A DNA stretch of 64,000 nt from the human T2T-CHM13v2.0 reference genome, Homo sapiens (GCF_009914755.1 NC_060936.1); one strand, 5' to 3'; counted from the first letter of the stretch, positions 15,880-31,995 are shown. The notes: generated by a model not told the origin, from the sequence alone. Numbers and translations are program-made.

Positions 15880-17680
15880 TACAAATTTCACTTCATTATA
15901 TTCACAGTAGGCAGCTCACTCGAGCAATATTTTCCCATTCTGACATGTGCTGTCAGGATCTATGGCCTTTCTCAAGAAAGAAAGAAATTCTCTTTGCAAA
16001 ATACAGTAAAAACTAAGCTTCTATTCTGAATTTGTAAATTTTCCTTTCTTGACACAGACATGAACTGCTGCTGTCTTAAATCTTGCACTCCCAAAGGAAA
16101 GTGCGCCTTCCCGCTGTCTTTTCTTTCTTTATTCTCACCCCTCCGCATATAAATCTAGTCTGCTCGTGCTTTCCAAACTGTCTACACTTTTTACAGAATA
16201 GCAACAATGGATGAGACTACTGAAAAGATGTGCCATGTTGGTATAGTAGCTATTATTTCAACAATGCCAAGCAATAGCACAGCAAAGGAGATGCAATCTT
16301 CCTAGAATTAGTTTTACTTTAAATGAGAACAATCTTAGTAAATCTGATAAATTAACAAAAATAAAACCCTCTGGTTACTTCAGATAAAGTGCAAAGAAAA
16401 CAAGCTCTTTCAGTTTCCTCATTTCAAGTGAAGTTCACAGGGGAATTATTTGACTTTACAACTTTATGATATGTTTGATGCATTTTTAGTACTTTGTGTA
16501 TTTTTCATTGTAACATTTTAAATGACTGTTAAGGAGTTAGAGTGACCATCCACAGCACACATGGAAAAATGCTGCTTAGAAGCATGGGACATTAATAAGT
16601 GAACTGATATTTATATCTTAGAATTTGTTTACTTTTTTGAGAATCTCATTAGAAACCTATGCTGGGATATAAAATTCTTTAGGCAGATTTCACTAAGTAG
16701 AGCCAATTGTCCTTTGTTTCTTTTGCTGAACCCAGTATTGCATAAAACTGCCAATGCACAACCAAGCTGTAGGCTGATGGAAAACAACATCAGCCAAGAG
16801 ATTCACCTAGAAGCCAGCTAACGGAGCTGGGTTCCCTTTTGGTGTGAAGGCATCAGAAGACCATCAGCTCTAGAAATAAAACTGAAAAAAAAAAAAAAAA
16901 AGAAAGAAAAAAAAAAAAAACAACTCTGGCAAGCCGTGTGGAGAAAGACTATGGCTGACAACACATAACTAGTCTTTATCTTTCCAAGGTGATGTGAGAG
17001 TTCTTAATTCACTTTTATCTTTTGCAGATGCCCAGAAATAGTTCTAGGCATTTTGAAATCATCGCTAATAGAATAACAATACATACAAGTAATATGGTGC
17101 TGGATTTTGAATGGCTGTTAGTAAGACAAACAGCTCCACAAAGTCAATTCTCTCCTTAATACCCACTGTCCTAAACATTTTGCATTAGTCTTTCTTGTTC
17201 TCAGTACCTTACATAATCACATTTGCATCCCATCTGTCCCCACCCCCACCATGACTTTTCCCTCCATTTAGAAGGGAAAGTAAAGAAAAATATTTTCTTA
17301 CCAAATTCTTTTGCTCTCTCACTTTTTCTGCATTGACACAGCAACCAAGCCAGCTGTCAGCAGAGGCTGCTTGGTGCTTTAGAAACGTGTATCAGCAGAA
17401 CACATTCTGTCCTTGTGCCAGGGCAAATTAGAGGAGCAGCCAGCAGGGTGGTTACTGGTTCTGGTAAGGAGAGAAGCGTCTACTCAGCACTCACTTTTCT
17501 ATCCCTGCCCACCTGCCCCTTTCCGTCCTGACTTCCTGCTTGCAGGGATCCTTCTTTCACCTCTCTAGGGCTGGTGCTATGGAGCTCTGAATTCACCAGT
17601 TATTATATTGATTGTGAGGTTCCAGTGCTCTTCCTAACCTGCAAGAAATAATTAGAACCCGCTCCTTCTTAACCCTACAC
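15880..17680. promoter_or_regulatory. Repeat-free block with enhancer-like motif clusters
   Basis: GATA sites (ctgataa ~16344, agataa 16382), ISRE/EICE-like tttcagtttcc (16408-16418), ETS acttcctg (~17531), TATA-like tataaat (16149). Motif evidence only. Confidence 0.35.
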
Positions 17681-17939
17681 CACTAATTTTCAAACACAGG
17701 TGTGTTGTGTAAAGTGTGAAGCATCTGAGACTTTGTAGGTAGGCAAGGGATCTTCATTTTTAATAAATATAAGGTAATTTTAACTAAAATAATCTCAAGA
17801 TTAATTTTGAGAAACATTTAAAAATTGTATTTCCACCTCTTCTTAGGGCATCGTGCAACCTTGGATATGGGGAAAGGAGGACATTGGAAAAACTTCCAAG
17901 TGAATCTGATTCTGGACCCGTCCTTGACAACCATTTCTC

Positions 17940-18290
17940 TAGACCAGGAATCCTCAATTCTGGCTCTACCATAGACTCAGCTAGGGAGGGCTTTTTGTTT
18001 GTTTGTTTGCTTTTTAATGTAGATACCCAGATCCATCCACCCCCAAAGATTCTGATTTACTAACTATTGGTATTTTAAAAAATCTCCCCAAGTGACTCTA
18101 ATATATAAGTCTCAAGTAAATGTTCTCAAAGTGTGGTTCCCAGATCACCATCACTTGAGAACATGTTAGAAATGCACGTATTCAGACCCATCCCAGATCT
18201 ACTGAATCAGAAATTCTGGGATTGGAACCAGCAACCCATCTTTAGAGACCTCAGGTGATTCTAATACATGCTAAAGTTTGAAAACCACTG
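17940..18290. mobile_element. Tandem MER5-family (hAT-Charlie) MITEs
   Basis: gttctcaaagtgtggttccc...ctactgaatcagaaattctggg...aggtgattctaatacatgctaaagtttgaaaaccactg (MER5A, ~18117-18290) preceded by a second MER5-type copy. Confidence 0.8.
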
Positions 18291-18338
18291 CTCTAGACCA
18301 AACTTCAAACTTCAAAAAAAATAGATATTTAGATAATA

Positions 18339-18486
18339 CAGTTGAAGCTTAAACAACATGGGTTTGAACTGCAGAGATATTTTTTCAACTACATGTGGAT
18401 GGGAAATACAGTGTTTATGGGATATGAAACCTGAGTATATGGAGGGCTGACTTTTTCCATATGTAGACACCAACTGCGGGGACTTA
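18339..18486 (+). mobile_element. MER8 (Tigger-family) fragment
   Basis: TA followed by cagttgaagcttaaacaacatgggtttgaactgc, matching the Tigger2/MER8 TIR region; 3' half missing. Confidence 0.75.
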
Positions 18487-20229
18487 ATTATATCTTCCAT
18501 CTCTTCCATGTTAGTATAATATTTGCACACATATACCTTAGCAAATAATCTAATGCCATTCCTAACATAATGGTTGATTTGCTATAGGCAGAACATTTAA
18601 TTAATTACAGTGATAGAAAATAATATAACCTCCCCACCAAGAGATGTAGGATGCAGTTAACCTTGCTACTCATTACTGTATCACGTTTAGTGTCAGCATT
18701 CTTCTAAAATAAGTGTAAGAACTTAAAAAATGAATAAGATGCTGAAAGAGGATGAGCACAACTTTATAGCATTTCTCCTCTCTCCCCCAATATTACATGG
18801 AAAGGGTAGAAAATATGGCATTCAATACATTAAGCAGCTTTCTAAATGTGGCTTCCTTTCAAATTCATTTTAAAGTTTAATAAAGTTGTGACATTTATTT
18901 GGCAGTTATGCGGTAAGATATTTTTATATACCAGTGCAGATTCTAAGAGTATACGAGTATCAGATTCCTTAGTCTTTATAATAACATTTGAGGTAGGTAT
19001 GGCTACAATATAAAGGAGGGAAGCAAGACGAGGAGAGATGAAGTAATTTACCCAAGATGACCCAGCTATCAAGTGGCTGAGCCTATGCCCTTAGTAACTA
19101 CATTATACAGGCAAAATCAAAGCTGTGGATTGGTTCTTTAATGTCTTAAAACTTTATTTTGGTCAAAACCACTTTTTCTCCATGACCTATATTTTTCTTC
19201 TTATTTCTCTAGTGTTTCTTTTTGCATTTGTTTCTAATTTTTCATTGTTTTTTGGGGAAAATGTTTTATGTCACTTCTGTTTATGACATACATTATGATT
19301 TTTCTGTTTTTAATCGGTTGGGGTAAGTAACTGAAAAAAAAATCTGCCCTTTCAATCACAGGATGTTTTGAATCTATTGTTTTAACTAAGTTGAGATGTT
19401 ATTTGCATAAGTAAAAAGAGGTAAACATATTTCATTTTCAAATTTTCCCAGGCGATGTTAGCAGGTTCCTCTACTTCTTCCGAGAAAGATGAATTTGACT
19501 ATTGGAATAAAGTCTCCACCGAATTTAATCATTTTCCCAGGATTTGTTTTTCATATTCTTTATCACATTGATAGGTTTCTACATGTTGTGGGTTTGGCAA
19601 GGTATTATATAGAAGGGCCAGAAAGCTAATGTCTTGATATTTCTGTGTCAAAACAGTCAGAGGAATTCAAGCTGTCAGGTGTCAGAGAAAGTCTACACCT
19701 TATAAATTCTTGGCTCAGTTTTGTAAACCTAGCACTTTTGAATAAACCTCCAGTTTTCTCATTTATGATGAACAATGTGGTGTTTTCTTGCACCATAGTT
19801 TACATTTTCAGAAAAAAGGAAGGATGAAAACAAGGGGAGTAAGAGACGGGTGTTTTCTAAAATTCTAAATTGAGTACATAATAATTAGGAGATATATCAA
19901 AAGATTAAAACTGACTAGATGTTACTGAATATTATGAATAACTTAATAGGTCTTATTTCTGCTGCTTTCTGACAGAACTGAGGATGGAGAAGTTTATTTG
20001 GACCAGTCAGTGTAGTTAGTAAGAGAGTTGATTGATCTAAGGGCCTATATTTTCAACCTCTGTCATTTTTTACCCCTCTACATTTTTATTTCTTGTACCT
20101 CTGGGCACAAATAAGATCTACAGGGCTGTGCAGGGCTGGGCCTAAGCTGGTTGGAGGCCCCACATTTTGGGCAGATCCTCAGGTGTTCACTACTCTGCTC
20201 TTCTGTATTCAGTCCCGTGGTGCTTGTGT

Positions 20230-20530
20230 TGAGCCATTTGTAAATCCTGGTGTAGGTGAAAGTGCCTGACCTGTAGAGGGTATAGTGTCTTGGGTGTAAA
20301 TCCTGACTTGCAACCACATTGCTGCATTACTTCAGAAAAATGACTTAACCCCTCAACCACTCATTTTCTTCATTTATAAAACTAAAATACAAATATCCAC
20401 CTTATAAATTTATGACGAGTCTATGATTAATAACAACACCAGCCGCAGTGATAACATTAACAGTAACAGAACAATGCAGTAGCCAGACCCTCTTCTGAAA
20501 TGTGGAGCACAATATTAGCTCAACGAACAT
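20230..20530 (+). mobile_element. MIR
   Basis: gggtgtaaatcctgac...gacttaacccctc...tcattttcttcatttataaaa, MIR core. Confidence 0.6.
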
Positions 20531-21553
20531 GATCTGGTATCTTTGACAACTTCCCAAATTGCTAACAGAAGATAGTCTAGATATCGAGCAACATTAGATA
20601 AAGTTTTCTGCACCAGCAGATATTAAAGAACAATGTTTGAATCCCTGAGTTGGGTAAGGTTAAAACTTTTACCCAAATTTGTATTTTTGCAACCTCTATT
20701 AATTTCTAGTGGGAGTTATGCAAATGTCTCAAAGGATTGAATCTGGCCTTAAATCATTAAAATTTGTGTGTCTGTAACTCCTTTAAGTGTTTTAGTATGA
20801 CATTGGCTGTGCTTTGGGATAGATCCATGCTTTTCAAGGCAATGTTAGGCTGCATGCCTAACCTCAGTGAACACAAGTGGCCAAAGGCCTGCACATTGTT
20901 AGGAATCCTAATAGAGTTTTATACAAAAATTTTCATGGTGCTATCAGTATTTCATCAGTAGTTGGACAATCTGGTTTTTATCAATTCAGATACACAGCTT
21001 ATCTGTAGACAGCCAGAAAGTGAGCGGAATATCTCCAGGAAAAAAAAAATTATACTTTCAGATTAATTCTTTCTTGGAAAACAAAAAATAACAGGAGTTA
21101 GTAATTCATGGCCAAGGAATGCAAACACCAGAGAATCAGCCATATTGGGGAAAAGTAAAAGAATATTCAATGTATTGCTTTCTTAAACTTACTGCAAAAT
21201 GGCACTTGATAAAGTTGTGTCTGGGGCTGACTTTCACGAGAGATGCTTTACATTCTAAGTGATGAGAACAAAGGTTAAAAACTTTTATCTGTATCCTTTT
21301 CACTAGCGATGCTCCCATTGTTTTGAAGTGTTAAACGTTAGCTATTACCACGCATCTGCAAGTGCAGGGTGTAGAAGATTAGCTTGTTTAAATCAGCCAA
21401 AAAGTTGGTGATGCACCCTGATGACCCACATCTGTTCTTCTCCTTGAGCCAATAATGTGCATGAGTCAGAGAAAAACACACTGGTTCAGTCAACAGCAGC
21501 TCTTTTTCTTCATTTTAGAAATGACTGGGACTTAAGAGCTGGGAATGGCTTAA

Positions 21554-21956
<403 letters not shown>

Positions 21957-22319
21957 ATCTTCTATGTTCTTTAATGCTATCACTGACTATGGGGTCTCAG
22001 CATGGCATTTTAAATCATCATGGTGGCACATTTTTGGTAAAAGAAATATGACTATCTCTTTACAAAAACATATAGTGTTCACTAACGTGGCCTCCTTATG
22101 TGTCCTTCGAAGCTCTTTTATATCTATGAGTGTGTGGACAAATGAAATATACAGTGGAGAATAGTAGAGACTTTGCTTTGCATTTTTCTTGCTCCCTAGA
22201 ACTAACAGAATTCTTCGTTAGGGTTTGTGCTCCTTTATGTGACATCATCCCACAGTGTACGAGCTTTGTAGCCTAGGGAAGGGATGCCTCCAATACCTTT
22301 CCTAAAAGTAGATGAATGA

Positions 22320-22792
<473 letters not shown>

Positions 22793-23168
22793 CTAATTTG
22801 ATACTAAACTTAAATAAACAAATGATCCAAAAATGACAAGTGTGAAAATAATGGCACCTGTTTGGGCTGAGAAGGTGTGGTCTCAGCTCACTTTTCCCAT
22901 GTCTTCTGCTTGCTGTGTCCAGCATGTTCCCCAACCTCCTTGAGTAAATTATTAGAAGGGCTAGTGGAAAATAAAGGATAGGTGAAAAATGAAGCCAAGC
23001 TCCCAGGAAAAGTATTTACTGCAATCAGCTTCCACTCTCATGAGCAATTACACTGAAGCTTTCATTTATTTGCCATTGGGCTTAAGGCATCATATGTCAC
23101 AGTTATAGAATAATTCATATACATTTAATATAAAGATAGTTTCTGTTTCATTTGTTGGTAAAATCTAG

Positions 23169-23483
<315 letters not shown>

Positions 23484-23859
23484 TATTCTTGGTAATGTTA
23501 TATAAGTGAATCAGGGTTATTTTGGTTTGTCAGTGATGGAAATTCAATTCAGTCTTAATCTAAACATGAACTTATTGGCTCACATGATCAAAAAGCCCAG
23601 GAGGTGGATATAACTTTAGTTATGACTCCTCCAGACATATATTCTCAAACAGTGTCTTCAAGTATCTCTATCTTTGTCTTGGCTCTAGGTGAGCTAGCTC
23701 TCTGGGGTCTGTTTTTTATCATCCTAATCATGAAGGTTCTGTCCTCCCAAAGGCTCAACTTCCTCATATCATCACCTTGGATTTAGGATTTCCACATACA
23801 CATTTTGGGGAGAATCAAGTGTTCAATCCATAGCATTGCACAAGTTAAGAACAAAGTTT

Positions 23860-24521
23860 GTCACAAGACTTCTTCAGTTTCAGATGCCAGCCACAAATTT
23901 GAGTGCCTCCAAACTACCCTCACCTCTTCCTGGCTGGCTAAAAATCCAGGGCTTTTTACACCCACCTCAGGTTCAATAATTTGCTACAATGACTCAGAAC
24001 TCACTGAAGGTGCCATATTTGTGATTATAGTTTTTTGAGTAAAGAATATAGATCAGAAACAGACAAATGGAGAGAGGCATAGGGCAAGGTTAGGGTGGAA
24101 GGTGAGAAGTACACAGTTCTATGCCCTATTCTCCTGGAATCCAGGCATGTCACCGTCCTCCATATCAATGCGTTTACCAACCAGGAGTCTCCAGTGAGCC
24201 CTAGTGTCCAGAGATTTTATTGGAATTGTATTTTGCAGGCATGATTGATTAAATCATTGGCCATGTGATTGGACTAAATCTCCAGTCATTCTCCCCTTCC
24301 CAGAGGTTTAGTTGGTGCGAAGTTCCAATGCTCTAATCACATAGTTGGCCTTTCTGGTGACCAGACCCCAACCTGAAGTTATTCAGGGTCCCACCCTGAG
24401 TTGCCCTATTAACATAAAAAAGACTCTTCTTATCACTTAGGAAATTCTAAGAGTTTTTGAAGCCTTGTGCCAGGAATGAGCAACAACAACCAGATATGTA
24501 TATTTTTTGTATTATACCACA
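23860..24521 (-). mobile_element. MER21-type LTR
   Basis: tcagatgccagccacaa...ttcaataatttgctac...cttaggaaattctaagagttt...ttataccaca resembles MER21B/C. Confidence 0.7.
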
Positions 24522-24543
24522 AACACATTCTTCTAATTTCTGA

Positions 24544-24806
<263 letters not shown>

Positions 24807-25642
24807 AAATTGGCCCACTTTTAGTGAGAAAATTCTGCCTGGATTCCAAGCTAAAAATTGTTCTTCCATTAGGTAGAAATGTGGATGTCATGACATTTCT
24901 GCTGAAATAGCTACCTAGTCTTCCTTAGCAGGTCAGGAACTTACTATGTAACCCTTTCAGGATATACTTTCAGGTGAGATGAAAAACTGCTTCTTAAAAT
25001 TAAGTATTTATGTTTTATTGTAGGAATTGCATGTTTTAAGTTACTCACTAGAGGTAAAGCCTTAACTGATATTTAAATGTTTCTTTGGCCTCTGTTATAT
25101 ATAAAATACTTCAGATGCAAATTAAAGTGAAAAAAAATCAGTTTCTCTTTTCTCTAGCTCTTAAATACGGGTTTAAGAGCTGAGTAATAGTATATGTCAC
25201 TCGTTGTCAAACTTTATTCTCATCCAAACAGAGCTATTCTTGTTGAACTTATTCTTGTTGAACTATAAACTGAAGTCCTTCACAGAACCTCAGGATTTGG
25301 ATTAACACAGCACAAAAAAAATTACCAATAAAGGATACATTACAAAGAATTTTACAAGGCAAAACACAACTGACTAAAATAACTAGGATAGACAAAGTAT
25401 ATGAGAACAGAGATATGAGAGAGAGACTGTAGAAAGCTGAAGTTTCCTGTGAAGCCTACTCTGGATAAACAAAAATGAATAAAAGCCTTCTGTGTGGGGG
25501 GGAATAAAAGAAGTTATAAAATGTGTTTCAAGACACCATAGTTTATTCCCCATTTTAGCTGGAGCATAATGTATATATAGGTGAGTAATAATTTATGGTA
25601 TTAAGATATTCTATCTTGTTGGCAAAGGGGGGAGTTGAAGAG

Positions 25643-25681
25643 TTTTGTTTTGTTTTGTTTTGTTTTGTTTTGTTTTGTTTG
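25643..25681. repeat. (TTTTG)n microsatellite
   Basis: About 8 perfect pentamer units. Confidence 0.95.
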
Positions 25682-25761
25682 AGGGGAATTGAATGTTTTT
25701 AAGAGGGAGACTTGTAGGATGGACTGGGGCATATAAGACTTGTAGGCTAGATAACAGTTTT

Positions 25762-26070
<309 letters not shown>

Positions 26071-27427
26071 AAACAGTTTCAAGGAAAATTGAAAATGTTT
26101 AGGCAGGAGATAATTTCAACCAAGCGTGATAATAGATATGGAAGGAAAAGTAGAGACAGACATTGTTAACTTTGAAAAGGATGTAGTCACAGCAGTTGAC
26201 AAGAAGAAATGAAGAATAACTTAGGTGAAAATACCAGAAACTTGAGAAAAATATAAGATCACATTTGGCTGACATCCAATAATACTTTTTCAGGCAAAAG
26301 AAGAGTCCATTAAAATCAGGAGGCTCTTCCTTTGTAATGAAGTACTTAGGTTTATATACTACTTGGAGAAAATCAAAGGAATTGGTTCTATTCACCCATG
26401 TATTTAAGTTTTTAAGAACATAAGATGACTCAAGAATGTATTGTAACCACAATCTCTTTGATAATCTACATTATTGTTAAAATACATGACTGCATATCAG
26501 TGTTACACATGGAAATAAAGACGTGACATTGCAGTACCAAAGAAGCTTCTCTTTATGTACACTACTTTGTGGAGTGTATAGAACACTAAAGCCACATCTG
26601 GACAATACTTGCTTTATGAAGCCAATTAGGTAAGCAAACATTGTGATGGCATTCTTACAGCTGAAAAGCAGATTTCAAAATAAAACAAAACAGGAAGGCA
26701 AGTTTAAGGTAAACATTTTCAGGATGAACACTTATTTCAAACATTGCCCTGAAACTCCCCAACAGAGTTCAGCCAGCTGAAATCTTTTGCAGATTGCTCC
26801 ATTCTTGGCTTCTGTGCAGCACCCTATATTGAGGCTGTCTACAGGAAGTCATTGATTCAAAACACTTCGGTCAAACACTTTTTTCGAGGCACTAGCCAAG
26901 TAATTTTTTTTAAAAGCAAAAATATTTTGCGGATAGACTCATTGAAGTACTAAGCACACTGCAGTCTGTGGCTTCTTTTCCCTGAAATCTGAATGAATTG
27001 AACAGTCTGGTCTATTTATGGTTAATTACTAGAAGCTTAAGGTTAATTACTATGTATTCATACTATTAATTCCCTTCACAAAGAGCTATGCTGGTTGGTT
27101 TACCACATCTAACAATCAGTTTCCACGAGTAGTCAGCCATCCAGCTAACCCAAGAACCAAGTGAGGAAGAGACAACCAAATCACTGGCTGTTTGTGATTG
27201 TTTTCATTCTCGGGCCTGTTTTAAGGATGAGAGAAACTGATTTTCTCCTATGGTTTTCTGGAAGAGTTTGAGATTGTCACATAAAGTCTTTGTGTTCCTG
27301 ATGAATAAGGACATTTTTCTTACTTTTAGACTTCAAATTTCCCTTTTAACTTCTTATGTAGAGTTGGAAGCTTCACTGTACAAACTGATTTTATAATTGT
27401 GAGTAACTTGACTGACGAGGATAAGCA

Positions 27428-27700
27428 TGTTTGGGCTCAGAAACCAATATTCCAAAATATGGTGCTTTGATATGCTGAACTGAAGGAGCTTCACGATCTG
27501 TTTGACCTTCTCCCAACTCATGTCTTTCAATTCCCTGTCTCTCCTGAGAATGGAATAATCACTCCATTTTAAGGTCAGCTGGTTAGCAACCTTAATTCCA
27601 TCTGCAACCTTAATTTCCCTTTGCCAGGTAAACTATTTACAGGTTCTAGGAATGATGACAGGGAGTGACCTTTGGGAGGTCACTATTTGGCCTACCACAG
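27428..27700. mobile_element. MER31-like LTR 5' fragment joined to an MLT1 LTR fragment
   Basis: tgtttgggctcagaaaccaatattccaaaatatggtgctttga (MER31-like), then ttaaggtcagctggttagcaaccttaattccatctgcaac...cctaccaca (MLT1C/D-like). Confidence 0.6.
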
Positions 27701-27716
27701 TCATGAATGTATTTTA

Positions 27717-28058
<342 letters not shown>

Positions 28059-28069
28059 CTACTTCTACT

Positions 28070-28600
28070 TATTCTCCATTCATTAGCATGTATTTGTTGA
28101 GTATCTGCCATATATACAAGGTAAAATTCCAGGCTTTGGGGATTCCTGAGAACAATGAAAACATTCTGTATTCCCACTGTAGTGGGGAGAGACAGGTAAA
28201 ATGGCAATTGCTGTATAACTAATAAACACTTGATAGGTGTTTCATCCAGTCTTGTTGATCATGAAAGATTTGATAAAGGAGAAGGATGAATCAAGTGTGA
28301 GATTTGAGAGGTAAGTGGTTTTAACAAGATGAAGGAGTCAGTGCAGGAGGGAAGAAGGAGTTTGAAACAGAAGAAATAAGAAGTGCACATGCTTGGAGGT
28401 GTGAAAGAGAGTGGGGGATGTTGGTGGAATTGCAAGTAGTTTCCTACGGCTGGAAGGAAGACTGAGGTGGCATAAGAGTCAGAGAGCCTTGAAATTCAGC
28501 TGGATAGTTAAGTAGGGGGCAGATTTTAGTGACTTTGGGAAGGTGGTTGGTGACCTTTAGAGATGGTGCTTGTACTTGAACCAAAGACAATTGCGAATTC
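28070..28600 (-). mobile_element. L2 fragment
   Basis: cattcattagcatgtatttgttgagtatctgc (L2 tail, reverse) followed by a purine-rich L2 body. Confidence 0.6.
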
Positions 28601-29165
28601 TCAAATTCACAATTCCTATTATACTATAAAGTGTAAAAGGAATTGAAATTACATTATACAGTATTACATTATTGCTATTACACTATAAACAGAGATTCAT
28701 TGAGATGTGAGACATGGAGAGATTTTGCCTTAGTACCCAAAAGCACTTCATTGTGATGTGAGTCTAAGGGGTACAGTCTGAGTGATAGCAGTAGAGTAAT
28801 GCCAGGATATTTCAGGGCTGAATGTAAGTCACTTTTATGTATTTAATGGCCTGCTATAGCTCCAAATTCCAATAGTAATAAAGGACTATGAAACGGCCTT
28901 TCCCATTGTTTGTTTAAACATAATTTTTAGCACCTTCATCGTCTAGTAAAGTCCATTGTAGAAAATAAGTAATTAGTTTCCTTCTTATATTTGCATTCAA
29001 GATGATCAAGTGAAATTATTTTTTAATAAGTGTAGTGTGAATATAACACGTTAAATAAAATCCAAAGTTAATATAATACTTTAATTACAAAAAGCTATTT
29101 ATTTGGGAAAAATAGTCAATATTTCGGGGGGTCTACTCCCATCATACTAAATTCAACAAATTCTT

Positions 29166-29467
29166 CTTCTCTTTTTTTTTTTGAGACAGTGTCTCACTCT
29201 GTCACCCAGGCTGGAGTGCAGTGCTGTGATCTGCACTCACTGCAACCTCCACCTCCTGAGTTCAACCTCTGCTTGCCGTGCAGCTGGGATTACAGGTGTG
29301 CACCACCATCCCTGGCTAATTTTTATTTATTTATTTATTTTTATTTTTAGTAGAGAAGGGGTTTCACCATGTTGGCCGGGCTGGTTTTGAACTCCTGACG
29401 TCAAGTAATCCACCCACCTCGACCTCCTAAAGTGCTGGGATTACAGGCTTGAGCCACCACACCAGGC
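29166..29467 (-). mobile_element. Alu (S/J) with small internal deletion
   Basis: Perfect 14-bp TSD ttcaacaaattctt (29152-29165 / 29468-29481). Confidence 0.92.
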
Positions 29468-30130
29468 TTCAACAAATTCTTATTAAATTTCTACTTGTGT
29501 GTATGTGTGTTGCTTAATGTGACTTTTCATATAGTTAAATGTTCAAACTGCAGTTTAGTCATGGAGAAGATTATTTTGTGGAGTATCTAGAGTTTTTATT
29601 TCTCTAGTTCCATATATTCATTTTGTTTACAGATATTTATTGAGCATCTGTGTTTTTATTGTTTCTGCTGATTGTTTTTAATTCATGTAATAAACAATAA
29701 ACAATAACTATGTACATTGACTGCACAGCTTAGTTAGGGAATCAGGCATGAACTGGAGGAATAAAACGGACAAATAAAACCCACTTAGGAATCATTAACA
29801 CTCATTTAAAGACATGGTCAGCAGGAAGAAGATTAACACAAACACACATTTATTACCCTCCATTTTTTATTATTTATCTATTATACTCTTTTATATATTC
29901 AAGCCTTCTATTAAGAAAGACAATTGTAAGTTTTCCTAGTCTTTTAATTTAACAACCTGGATTCAGGTTGTATTTCTGTAGTTAGGAAACACTTTTAAAT
30001 GACTGTAAATCATGTTTAATTGTGTGTCTTAATTTTCTTTCCCTATACTTGAAAAAATCCAATTCTGAATATATTTCATTGACTTAAAGCAGTTCTATAT
30101 CATTATATCATTTATATATAATATATAAAA

Positions 30131-30199
30131 CTGGCAGAGTCTTGTGACTAAAACTAATGAATACTAATCTTGTAATCTATATGCCCTGGAGACAATTCT
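30131..30199 (+). repeat. Left arm of ~68-bp inverted repeat
   Basis: Reverse complement of 32048-32113: 5 substitutions plus a 3-nt indel over 69 nt. Confidence 0.9.
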
Positions 30200-31689
30200 A
30201 TATAAGTCAATATAAGCCTATATAAGACAATTGTATATAAGTTTTTCTTATATACAATTAATACCTTGTATAATTTTCAGACAGCTTAAGTCCATTGATC
30301 ACCATTACAGGCTAATCTAATTTAATTCATTTGCTCAGTTACAGAAGTATGCACACATAAAATGATGTTGCAATCACCATTTGCTTTAATTGCTTCATTT
30401 GTTCTTCTATACAGTTACATTATACAGAAGCCTGTGGTTCCTGAGACACTTGGCCTGATTTTAAGAAGTTTTAAGATGGAGTTTTCTTGATTATGTTGAA
30501 CAAAGCCTTTCTAAACTAGAAGAATCAACTTGCCTTCATGTTTACTGAATTTCCGTTCCATGATAATTCAATGCATAAAATTTACAGAGCTTTCAAAATA
30601 GGGAAGAATTGAAAATATATTTATAATTTATGATTTGCTTGGCAGGATAATTATTGTTCTGTTCTCGGTCATGGAATATGTGCAGTAACACTGATAACAC
30701 GAAGATATATTTTCCCAATAAGACTCTTTGATATGTTGCTAAATGACTATTTGCTTTTAAAGAAAGGGGAGAACAACAACCAAAAAACTAATCCTCTAGT
30801 GTTTTTGTTTTCTGTTCTAGTATATTATTGTCAGTTTTAGTTTAACCTTGACAGAGAAAGCATGCACTTCTTTGTGACCACTCTGTCCTATTTGCTTATA
30901 GAGTATGGGAAGGGGGAGTCTGTTTAGATGTTATCCAAGTTCACGGAAAAAAAAAAAGTTAAATGTTTTAATCATTATATCTAATTGTACTAGAAAATAA
31001 ATCACTGAAAGCAACGTGAGAAGTTTTTCAAACCCAATCTAAAATAAAGACTGGTAATAAGAAAACAGGAAACTCCCTGGAACATAATTTAGTAGTAAGT
31101 CAAGATGTGATTTAGGACTTGTAGGTCCCAGCGCTGGAATGACGACTGCTTTTCTCTGATTATTTCCGTGCTTTAGTTTCCTCGACTACAAATTGTTAAT
31201 AGCATAGACTACTTCAATTACTCTGAGGCCATTAGAGTCCAGTGCCCTTCTCAGAACTGATCAATTAGCTACACTTATTAATGGAGACCAGTTGATTCTA
31301 TTTATCTTACTTACTCACTTGGCTGGGAAACATTACAATCAGTTCACACATGATATTTGGCCATATAGGGAACTAGAACTTTTAAGAGTCATCATGACCT
31401 CTTTATATTTTCATACTTTGAAAGATGTTCTTGACATTCATCTAGAGCATTTCTTACCATGAATTCATTATTCAAATAAATATGGTGTTTACATTTACTT
31501 GGTTATAATTAGCCATAGTTGCTTTTATAGCAATCATGACCGTAACTGTACAATGTAGAGAGTTTGGATCATTAAGAATCAGCTTTCTGGAAACACAGGA
31601 ATTAGCCATCAAAACGGCATAATTTGTAAGATAATATGCAATTTTCTCTTTCATGTTGGCTTTGGAAATCAGTTCTTCCTTTATTTTGA

Positions 31690-31995
<306 letters not shown>

